From assembly GCA_907165135.1 (NCBI GenBank), contig OU015568.1, positions 16,317,208 through 16,381,207 of the forward strand: 64,000 bases of DNA, read 5' to 3'. This DNA comes from Oikopleura dioica. Lineage: Eukaryota > Animalia > Chordata. The notes below the pieces were generated by a model, which saw only the letters and a list, made by a program, of their open reading frames with translations, searched no databases and was not told the origin of the DNA. The number at the start of each line of letters is the position of its first letter. Positions within the stretch are counted from its first letter, which is position 1. Position numbers and translations under genes: made by a program. Below are positions 11,027-21,698 of this stretch, piece after piece.

Positions 11027-13690
11027 ATGGATTCGGCAGTTGAGTTTATGGGTGAGTTTGGCGAAAGTTAAAAAGTTTTTTTAATAAGAGGAAAAATGAC
11101 TATGATCTTGTTGGACGATCTTGAGATTCATTACGATTCAGAAAACAACTGGCAGCGCTTTCTGAAGAAAAAGAAGAAAAAGCCAGAAAGTGAAGAAGTG
11201 CCAGCGCCGTCTGCGAAAACGAGGAAGAATTCGGAAAGTTCCGTTGACGGTACGTTTGAATTTTTCTTCGTCCGACATCTTTGATTTTCTTAGAAAATAA
11301 TAATAATTACGACGAACCAGCAGATTCCGACGAAGATGCCCCGAAACAGACCAACACCGGCGCGTTAACATGGGGTCAAAAGATCTTCCGGACAAAGTAC
11401 ACGTGCCCTGGGACGAATCGAACGAACGAATTCATTTTCCGAACATGGCTCAACGAAGTCATCAAATACATTTGCTTCCTGACTTTGTTGACTATCTGCA
11501 CATTTTCGTACACAAATTCCGACAGTTTTTATTTGACAAATGCGATGAAGACACTGTACGTCGAAGACACAGGAAAGGGTCTTATTCATCACCTAAAGAA
11601 TTCACTAAAACAGACTCGACCCTGACAAAAAAGGATTTCACGACGTAACGACTGAGAAAGAAATTTGGGACTGGCTCGAAGGGCCCTTTCTCAAAGCAGT
11701 TTACGAGAACCAGCTCCTTTATAACGATATGAGCACGCCGCCGCGGATCAGAATGCAGCGAGTGAACGCGAAAGACTGCGACATGCCTGGCTTTGTCGAC
11801 GAAGGCGAATTATGCTACGACGAGTATCACAAAGCGCGTGAAAACAAAGACGACCTGATTGTCGGATCGGATTTGCCGCAGCCAGCAAGATATACGGAAA
11901 TTCCAGGCGCGATCGCTGGTTTTGATTACTGGGGACAAGCGCTGCCCTATTTGAGAATGTACTGGGCGGGAGGATACCTCTTGCATCTCCCTGTTCCAAG
12001 CGACGAAGTTTTTGAAGTGCCAGCCAAAGCGATCGAGGACATTCGATATTTGAAGGATGAGCTACAATGGCTCTCACGTGGCGCTAGAATTCTCCTAATC
12101 GATTGCCAGCTTTACAACAAGAATGTGAATCTATACACAATCATTAGGATGTCTTTCGAACTACCAGCTTCCGGCGGCGTCATCACCCTCGACAAATTCA
12201 GCACGATCCATATCTACAGCTCTACCAGCACTCTCGACATTACCACTGTCGTTTGCGAGATTCTGTGGCTAATCTTGATCGGCTACTACTTTGGCGAAAA
12301 AGTGTATGAAATGAAAATTCTTGGATTTGGAGGCTTCTTCAAGCATCTTGCTCTTCGAACGCAATTCTTCAATTTGGTCTTTTCTATCGGAGTCGTCATC
12401 TTCAAATTGGTCAAGTATGCGATCATCGACACGGATGAAATTAGCAGCTGCGATCCTCAAACAGAAAATGATTGCTACTTGGCGAACTTTGTCTTCTGGC
12501 AGAATCAGTTCAACTATTTCCTCGCCATCGTCACTTTCCTTTCCTGGATCGAGCTGAACAAGTTCTTCACCGACTTCGAGAGCACGGCTGTTTTCACAAA
12601 AACTCTTCGACGTTGCAGCACGTGAGTCTACTTGACTTCAAGTACAGAACCAGCCGTTTTTTTTTAGTGACTTGACCGCCTTCATCATCGTTTTCTTGAT
12701 GGTTTTCTTGGCCTACGCCGAGCTCGGAGTGCTCATTTTCGGCGGCGAATTGGACGATTTTAAAAACATGTTCCACGCGACTTACACACTCTTTCGTATC
12801 ATTCTTGGCGACTTTGATTTCCATGCTATGGAAAGCTCGAATCGCATTTTGGGACCCACTTACTTCATTTGGTAAATCTTCGATTGTAAATATCCCCTTG
12901 ATAAAAGCTGAATCAGTTATGTCTTCGTGGTCTTCTTCATTTTGGTGAATATGTTCATTGCGATCATATCCGACACTTACTCGGAAGTTCGCGCGGAATT
13001 ATCTGTCCCTGGGGAGCATCACTATCCGGTTTCCGAGCAAATCGCGGTTCTTAAAGGTAAGCTTTAGTGGAAAAAGCCACTGAACGGCTTGCCTTGAGAT
13101 GAATCTTTACGTTATCATAACGTCAGATTACTTTATTTCTTCATAAGAGCGTTTCTGGGGTAAACTTGGCTGGACTTCAAATTCCGACGACGATGATTCC
13201 GACGATGGTAAGCCTTTCCGTTAGAAAAAAATCATGATTCCGCTGATTCAGAAAACCAAATCGACTGGCATAGCTTCAGAAAAGAAATGGAAAAGTCAGG
13301 CTTGGAAGAGGACGAGATTCAGTCTTACTTTCAAAAGTATGATGAGAATGGAAATCTCTTGCTCGACAGGAAGGAGTTCGCTAAGCTGGAGGAATCGTTG
13401 ACCAAATTGAAAACTCAAAAGGTCAGCCATCAGCGAAGAAAATCATAGGAACATTCTTATTTCTTTAGGATCTAGACACAGTCTCTCAAAAATCAGCGGC
13501 AGCTCCGAGTGTAGCTGCTGGAGACGTCTTTGGCCAAGCGCGAGAGACGTTTGTTGATAACGAGAACTTCGATCTTCTTCGAAACCGAGTTGCCAAAATG
13601 GAATCTGCCTTTGCCGATTTGACATTGAAAGTCGACGGAATCATCGTAAAATTGGATCAACTTGGGCAGCGACAGAAGCAGGTTTCGTGA
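11027..13690 (+). CDS. PKD2: Polycystin-2 / PKD2-like TRPP cation channel
   Basis: [11 protein letters not shown] (S1), [37 protein letters not shown], pore region [33 protein letters not shown]-hand [14 protein letters not shown] and a C-terminal coiled coil. PKD2 vs PKD2L not resolved. Confidence 0.9.
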
Positions 13691-14029
13691 AAACTTCTTT
13701 AACCCATGCATACTCATGATTTAGGCCCGAATTCCTCACATGGAAAACGCATCAAAAACAAAATAAAAAATGAAATACTTCACAGTGCCTTTATCTTCAG
13801 AAATCTGTTCTTTTCTTTCGTTCATAACTTCCCACTGTTATTGTTTGTTTTAACGACGGTTCCCCTTCTAACCCGATCACCTACCTCATTTATCTTTCCA
13901 TTCCCCCGTTCGCACGTTTTGTTGCAATAGTAGTTCAGTGCCATTTCGCTTCAAATTTCTGAATAAACTTCAATTAAACAAAAATATCAGTCTTTTTCTT
14001 CAAAACAGCAGTGAAAACATTAAACAAAG

Positions 14030-15842
14030 ATGGGTTTCGAATCGGACGTTCGTGAATACCACCGTCGAGCAGGCCGCAGACCCGACGAGGATGACAGTAA
14101 AAGAGGCAGTAGACGACCTGCCCAGGCAGGAAACTTCCAACCAAGACAAATGCGCGTCAAAAAGGAGGAGCCCGAAATCGATTTCAAGACGAGAATGAAG
14201 AATCTGACCAAAGTGAGTCATTTCTTGTCTCTGGTTGATGCGAGATTTGATTTTAGACGGCGGCAAAAACGCACTCTTGGATAAAGAAGGAAGATCCAGA
14301 CACCAAGCCAGTCAAGGTGAAGAAGGAAAGAAGGCGGAAATCGTACGACAGCTATTCGGAAGATTCTGAGGAGGAAGACAGGCGGTTAACGAGGAAAGCG
14401 AAGAAGAAACTCGGCCTATCGGATTCCGACGAGGAGCTCGAGCTTTCCGCCCGCGAGCGGGACGCTAGAACAGTAATCGCCATGCAGCTTGCTCACGAGA
14501 TCAGGTGAGCATCTTCCGGAAATAGACGATAGATAGGAAAAGTGATCCTAATTCATTCTAATTTTCTCTCCTAGAGAATTCGACCTGAAGGACTTTTTCT
14601 CCTCGGTTGGAGATGTTCGCGCAGTCAAGCTGATAAAAGACGAAAGGCACAAAACGCAGGGACTGGCGTATATAGAGTTTAAACATGTTCAATCCGTTCC
14701 CTTAGGAAAGTGTTCAAGGCGATAATATAACCCTATCTTTCTGCAAAGCTTTTGAACAAATTAAAAGCGATGGGTCTGACGGGACAGAGAGTATTGGGAA
14801 GAGCGATCGTGGTCCACCACGCTCAGGCCGACAAGAATCGACACTCGGAAAAGCTAGAGCAGGCGAAAAAGAATCTGATGAAAGCTGGCACCGGGCCATA
14901 CAAAATCAGAGTCGACAAATTGCACAAAACTGTCACCGAAGAACAGCTCAAAATGATCATGGGTAAGTGGATTGGTATAATTGCCTGAATTTGACGAATT
15001 TAAAGAGCCATTTGGCCGCGTGGAAAAGGTTCAAATAATCAAGGATGGCTTTTCTGGCGGCTCTTCCGGCACAGCGTTCGTGACCTTTGTCGACTGCGAG
15101 GGCGGTGAAGATGCGATCCGGCATTTGCACAACTTCGATTTGGGAGGACTTAACCTTATTCTCAGAATGGTCGCGAAAGGCAAAGCTGCCAGAGAGGTGA
15201 ATCTCCAATTTTAACTTCTCTAGTAAGCACTGTCTAGCACGAGCACGATATGCGCCAGTTGATGATTGAAAGCAGCCACAATCCAAACGCGATGAAGGCA
15301 ATGCTAGACTATCAACCTAAAAAGGCTATCGAGGGCGTCCAGTATACTCCTGTGAAATCAGAAGGTAGTATCTGATTGCTTTCTGCTTGACATTTTAGTT
15401 TTTAGTCTCGGCGGCTGGTTCCGGATACGGCAACTCGAAAGCGGCCCAGCGTATGATGGCCAGACGGCAAGCTGCTCCGATCAGTACGCAGTGCTTCCAA
15501 ATCGCCAATGCATTCGATGTCAATTCTGAAAAAGGAAAGTGGCCAGAAAAAGTGCGAAAAGAAGTTATCCAACGAGTGTCCAACTTTGGAGATGTGTATC
15601 ACGTCCATGTGGACCAAAACAGCTTGGCGGGCAACGTCTTCGTTAAAGTCGCTTCAGGTTCGAAAACTCCAAGACTGACTTCTCTCACCAACTGTTTTAT
15701 AGCCGCTTCTTGCCAATCCGCTGTGAACTCGCTGCACGGGCGACAATTCCGCGGCCGAAGCGTAACCGCCGCGTATATTCCACTGCCAAATTATCATCAA
15801 TTGTTTCCTGCTTCTGTTTCTGCTTCCGCAGCACTCAAATAG
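14030..15842 (+). CDS. RBM39: RBM39/RBM23 (CAPER) splicing factor: RS region, two RRMs, C-terminal UHM
   Basis: ERDARTVIAMQLA, LKDFFSSVGDVRAVKLI, GLTGQRVLGRAIVV, TQCFQIANAFD and VYHVHVDQNSLAGNVFVK. Confidence 0.9.
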
Positions 15843-16105
15843 AACGTATTTCTTCAAAAATATTTTCGATTGTCTAAGCATTTATGTGCAATAAAAGAAT
15901 AAATTGGAAATTTTTTTAAATAGATGATCTATCAAGGCGTCAATATGTTAATGAATTGACGTTATTTTTTTGCCATATTGGATAAGAGTTGCCCCGTTGG
16001 AAAGGGCACAGGACGAGAATCATCGTCCTAGCGCGCTTGAGATGGAAAATTATTTCCATTTTTATGTTTCCATATCCGCCTAGTTGCCTCTTATGTCCTC
16101 TAAGA

Positions 16106-18585
16106 ATGGTTACTCTCGGTTTTCCAGAAGATGTGAATAATGAAGATAAATTCCGGCTTAGCAGATGTTTTTTTCCTTCAAAAATTGGTGGTGCTCCAGG
16201 CAGCGTGTTATTCATTCATACAATCCTAGGGGGCTTAGTCTTAGCCTTTCTCGTTCAGCGTTTTTTTTTTCATACTTTTACATAACTGCTTCGAAGCCTG
16301 GCTTATTCCTCACGGCGATTTTCCTCGAGAATGTAGTACTTGCAAGTCGAGCATGCGCTTTTTGATGCAAATGTACAGCCCCGGAGACTCAACGGGTACA
16401 CACTTCTGCTTTTAATTCTTCCCATCATTTTCAAATTAAGATTCATTTCACCGCACAATTTATGTGTTCATCTGTTCGTCAAAAAATGGCTGCACCGCTG
16501 CTCCACTGGTGCTAAGGCAGCAACTGCCCTTGAAAAACGCGTTCTATCCCGAAGAACCGCCCAGTTACGATGATCCGATTGAGGCAATCAAGTTCAAAAA
16601 CAACTACCCTAGTCCAAACATGTGCGTTGTCTGCGGCTACCCAGGCCCGAATAGATGCGCCAAGTGCAAAAAGACGTTTTACTGCTCGCGGGAACACCAA
16701 CTAGCACATTGGAAGGAAGGTCACAAGAAAAGATGCAACATTGAAAAGGGCGACCTGGAGTCAGGTGAGTTCCTCTTTGACGAGTTCGAGCTGGTATCGG
16801 AAGAGTTTGACGATCAACAACTGACAGGAGGCAAAGAGTTTGAAGAAGATGATGGAGAGGAAATCGCCGACCTGGAATCTGCGCAACGGCAAGCTGGTAA
16901 ATCCTGAATATTTTGCTATATAAAATGTACCTATAAATATCAAATGAAAGTTCATCTGGTCTCATTATTATCTAGAGAGCGTCGAGCAAACTTTTGAAAA
17001 CGACGAGAAAGAGCTGGGAAATGATAAAAATGAAGATGTGGAGGAACTAGTACAGGTAGAGAGTTTGTTACATTCGAAAAATCCGGGAAGCAGGATAATT
17101 GAGGCGGATATGGCTTACCTATAAAGACGATTCATACGTTACCAAGTATAACGCTGAATAAATTCTTTTTCCTTCCGCATCATTCGACCTGATTCATGTC
17201 AGTTGACTAGGATCAGAAGGGAGCGTCCTAAATGCTCCATTTTCGGAGCGCTGGCGTCCTCTACCCGGGCTATATAAGCTTCTGTTTCCTTCTGCTTTTC
17301 ATTCTTCGAAAAGCAATGTTTATCAGCACTGTAATAATCGAAACGCAGAGTTACGGCTCGTACGTTTGGAAAAACGTATGCCGTGTTATTCGAGGCGTTG
17401 ATCTCAGTCGCGAAATAGTCGAATTTCTAAAAAGTCGGAATTCTTGGGAATCAATGACGACTTTTCGGCTGCTCTACAAAGGGGTTCGAATCAACGAAAA
17501 CTTGCCGTTCTTTCAAGTCTTCCCCTCGATTCTGCATCCTGCAGAAGAAGTGCTTCACATTTACGCTGCTGAAATCGAGCAACCCAGTGCCGTCTCCCGA
17601 CAGCTACGAAATATACGCGTTCTAGCGCGTAACGTCTCCTCCTGTGCCGAGGCATACGAAAGCGGACTCGTTCCCGCCCAGCGAAAAAGGTTCAACTTCC
17701 CCGAAAGAGAGCCTCGAGCAACTATCGCCGCCGAATCGCTTGTCGCCGCCGTCGGTGAAAATTCCGAAGTATTTGGACGCACGAGCTCGACTTTGAAGAG
17801 CTTCGCAAAACGCCTTCGTGACCCCGCGACTGTTGGTGTTGAGTTGGTAAAAATGCGCGCGGAGGTTCAAAACACAATGGATATGCTGCGATATGCGAGC
17901 AATATGCACAACCTTCAGCGAAAATTATTTGGGCAGCAGCAACTCAACAATTTTTAATGATGATTCCCCTGACAAAAAAAAATACATTTTTAACTGCCTT
18001 GAAAATATAAAAATGCAAACAAATTGAGATCTCTTTGAAAATTTTGAAATTTTAGATGTTCTTTGAAAATATTATTTTTTTCGCGATAAATTTCTAATTA
18101 TATTTAGGAGTTGAGCGATGAAAAATTCCAAAGATGGGTTGGATACTTCAAGAAAGAGCCAGAACAAGTGGTCAGATATCAACGAGGTGGAAAGTACTTG
18201 ACTCCGAAAGGATGGAAAAATGTCGATTTCGGCAAGTGCAAAGCTTGTTATTCAGGGCAGTTGTTTTCATTTGTTTGCCAGACAGAATGATTTGGTTACT
18301 CACTGATAATAGCGAAGCAGTTACAATTAAATGAAACCGTTATAAGAACGCGAATTCGAATTTCAGCTCACACCGCACTTGTTCACTTTATGTCAAGGAA
18401 GAGTTTATAAATCTGTATTTATATGCTCAAATATGAATTCTCTGATACACGAATTAAAAAAAAAACTCAAAAAAGTCGAAGAAGATATTGCAACAATCCT
18501 TGTTGCCGTTTGTAAGAATGACTGTAAAACGAGCGTCGATGGATTTGTGCGCGAATATGCTGTTACTATTTGTAACGAAAAATAA
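16106..18585 (+). CDS. PDCD2: Programmed cell death protein 2 (MYND finger + PDCD2_C)
   Basis: N-terminal VTLGF..RLSRCFFPSKIGG and MYND CVVCGYPGPNRCAKCKKTFYCSREHQLAHWKEGHKKRC. After a 1052-nt intron (17056-18107) come EPEQVVRYQRGG, REFEFQLTPHL and IATILVAVCKNDC..FVREY. Confidence 0.9.
17316..17957 (+). CDS. Intronless 213-aa protein nested in a PDCD2 intron; possible N-terminal ubiquitin-like domain plus helical domain
   Basis: Long uninterrupted ORF with TATATAA 45 bp upstream (17271-17277). FRLLYKGVRINENLP resembles the ubiquitin-fold beta3-beta4 motif (inference). Confidence 0.65.
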   Translation: MFISTVIIETQSYGSYVWKNVCRVIRGVDLSREIVEFLKSRNSWESMTTFRLLYKGVRINENLPFFQVFPSILHPAEEVLHIYAAEIEQPSAVSRQLRNIRVLARNVSSCAEAYESGLVPAQRKRFNFPEREPRATIAAESLVAAVGENSEVFGRTSSTLKSFAKRLRDPATVGVELVKMRAEVQNTMDMLRYASNMHNLQRKLFGQQQLNNF

Positions 18586-18751
18586 TAAATTTCAAGCATA
18601 TGAAATAAACTCCGACTGTTTTTTTGCAGTGGAATTTCATGAAAGAATTTTTTATCCAAAAAGAAAAGCGTTTCTGGCGGCAAATGCGATGGTGGAAGCT
18701 CTGCTCCCTGAAAACTTGATAGCATGCAAGTGTGATTAGTTTGCTTACTAT

Positions 18752-20940
18752 TTATTTTCGTGTAAGAGTTATTGAATAAGCTCGAGGCAGAAGATACCAT
18801 TTTTCTTTTTCCATGTTGTAATTTTCGTTGACTAAAAGAAGAAACTCGTTGTTGTCTCCGTAATAAACAAAATCGTTGAAGCGGTTGAAGCATTCTTTCA
18901 TCATTTCTTCAGAAGCGTAGAATTCGCGAAAAAGAGGAACTCTGATTTGAGAGCCGGAATGGGCGATTAAAGTGTTTTGGAGAATGAATTCGGAGTTTTC
19001 GATTCGGTCCAGCACCATTTGGTGGAAAATTATTAAGCCATCGGGATTCAGGTAGGCGCCGGTGACGGTTAGGGGACGGGTGAAGACGATTTTGTGGTGG
19101 AGGAGGACTAGAGCAATGATTTTATTTAAAATCACGAGATATTTTCATAAAAACCTTCTTCAAAATAAAAATCGCCTTTAATTTGATAGCAAAATTTTTT
19201 GATAATGTCCCATCCACTTTCATTTAAATAAGTTCCCAGTTTCATTCTTTTGAGAAGCAAGTCAACGTTATTTGTTTGAAATTGTTGCTCTTCTTCTCTC
19301 GGATTCAGATTCAAGCCAGCCAAACTGCGGGGGTAAATAATCATCGTCATATGAGTGAAGATGTTTTCGAGAGTAAAATTTTGTTCCATTATATAGTCAT
19401 CAATTTTCAAATCATTTTTGAGTGCCCATCTCAAAAGAACAGAAACTGAAATGGGGACACAAAGATTGCTTTCTTTTTGGTTTAAAACTCTCTTCGTCAC
19501 ATTTTTGAAGTCGAAATTGATCTGTCTCGTCAGTTTTTGTTTGAGATTGGCCATTGCCGAGGATTTCGTCAAATTTGGATCGTCCAGGCAAAAATCAGGA
19601 GCCGCGTTCTTCAAAGAAATTATTTTGGACAAGTTTTCGATTTCTTTGTTTGATGGTGGATGTTTTGTGAGCCACTCAGCATTACAGGACTTAAAACGGT
19701 AATTTATAAAAGGCTAAGAAGACTTTCCTTCAATTCTTCTTCGATTTTTTCTCGTTCATTCTCTTCGATTGGCTTGAACAGAAGACTCCAAGCTGTTTTC
19801 CAATCACACAGAATCAGAATGTGAAGTGGTGATGCATATTCGTCGCCTCCATATTCCCCACAAAGTTGATGGCCTTTCGAAAAAGCAGCAGATCCAGCAT
19901 CTTAGAAAATTAATGAACACAGAAGCAATCTATGTTCAAATAACTTGAATTTAAAACTTACATAAACATTCCATATCTCTATATTTGCTCCCTCTCCTCG
20001 CGTAGCCCATTCTTTGATAGCTCTCTATTCCAGTAATTTCACAAATAGTTCCAAAATCTATCCATTTGCATTCTCCATTTTTCAGTAAAATATTTTCCGG
20101 CTTCTGATCGCAATGCCAAATTCCAACCCTTCCTAAATACTGCTCTCCCACTCTCACTTCAATCGCGATTTTCTTCCTTTCTTCCAAATTCAAATTCTCT
20201 TCTTTTAATCTTCTTCGCAAATCGCAGTCGCACTTTTCCATAATTGTAATCCATCCAAGGCAGTCCTCTCTTTTTCCGTCTTTGCTCGAGTAAATTTCGA
20301 TGTTGCAGAAATTCTTGATCACGTTTGTGTGCACTGGGATTACTTCGTCGTCTTCTTTGTCGTTTGTCGCGGATCCATAATCTTGAAATTCTAGAATATC
20401 AAATTGTCGAATTATTCGATGATGAATTTAAAAACCTTTCAAAAGATGAATCCCAAACTCCAACTCCTCATTCTCCTCCACAAAAAGCGCGGAGTCAAAA
20501 ACCTGAACCCGAACAGCCACTTCTAATTCTCCAAATCTCTCTTCCAAAACAACCGCTTCTCCTCCAGAAGAAATAATTCTTCGTTGAAGAAACTCATCGA
20601 GAATCCATTCTCCAGTTTCTTCTTTTAATTCCGAACGTTGAATTTTTCGCCCTTCGAATTGAGGATTTTTTTCGAGGATCATTTTTTGAAATGAAGTTAT
20701 TTCCCATTCTTCCGATTCTTTTTCTCCGTATTTAAGGTAAAAAACTTTTCCTTTTCCATTTTCAAAAATAACCTCCTCCCATCCAGCACACCCATCATCT
20801 TCAAACTCGCTTCTCTCCACCGACAGAATCAGTCTATCCAAATTATCTCTGCTCGTCGTTCTTTTCAATTTCCTTTTAAAATCTTCCAACCATTTCTCAA
20901 TGACGTCTCTGGTCAATTCTCTTGGATGAAATTCGTTCAT
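18752..20940 (-). CDS. Protein kinase + papain-like (C1-type) peptidase fusion protein, copy A (5 exons)
   Basis: Exons splice into one frame. Kinase motifs HTNVI, IMEKCD, HCDQKPEN, WIDFG. C-terminal FDFKNVTKRVLNQKESNLC, FHQMVL and FILQNT. Third intron (19690-19727) has a GA donor. Confidence 0.8.
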
Positions 20941-21113
20941 TCTTGCTTTGATGGGGAAAGGAACTTTGGTTTTTAGAATGTTATGGAAGAATTGAGTTTT
21001 CTGCGAAATAAAACAAGCGAGATTCCCGCTGAAAGAGAGAAAATCAAATATTGAAATAGTATCGAATGTCAGTTAAGTAAATCCAGAAAAAGCGAAAGTC
21101 CAACCTTCAAAAA

Positions 21114-21266
21114 TCTGAAGACGATAACCGCAAGAATGACCGCATTATATTTTACTTGCGAGGACACATGTTGAATATTTACACCGGAAATGCTTCCGAC
21201 GAGATTGCAAAGATGACCGACATCGCTCTCGAGATAAAATGGTCGAAGATTCTGTGCGCCGATTGA
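21114..21266 (+). pseudogene. Orphan copy of the last exon of the coiled-coil gene at 44.3-47.7 kb
   Basis: Translates as SEDDNRKNDRIIFYLRGHMLNIYTGNASDEIAKMTDIALEIKWSKILCAD*, versus SEEEKRKNDRIIFNLRGHMLNIYTGNVSDEMAKMLDIALELERSKIPCAN* at 44265-44459. No upstream exons are evident. Confidence 0.7.
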
Positions 21267-21698
21267 TTAACAATAGTCTATTGTCAATAGAGTCCCAAAA
21301 TTAAGCCGCCTCTTTGATCCGAAATCGCTAAAAACCGGCCAAATTTGGATCCTTTTGCGATAAAAAGCCCGTTCACTTATCCTACCACGAATCTTTATTA
21401 ATTGAATCGAATATGAAGAAGGGAAACAGAAAGTATTCGATAAATCTCGTTTATCGAAGTGACGATGACAATTTGAAAGAAAAAGTATAATTTGGTTTGT
21501 ACAGTTAAAACGGAAGTATGAGATTAACCAGGTTGATCAAACTGACGATGATAATTTGAAAGAAGAAAAAAATTTATATTGTAAATCAAGTTTGAGCGGG
21601 AAGCGCGTTAGAAATCTCATGGTAAAGTTTCAGAATTGGGGTTCGCGCAAAGCCAATGTATTCTCGCGAACCTCAGATTCTGCCATCCTCCTCAATGG

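Noticed and set aside
17056-17170. PDCD2 ending here without its C-terminal domain
   Set aside because: PDCD2_C exons are present at 18108-18585, beyond the nested gene.
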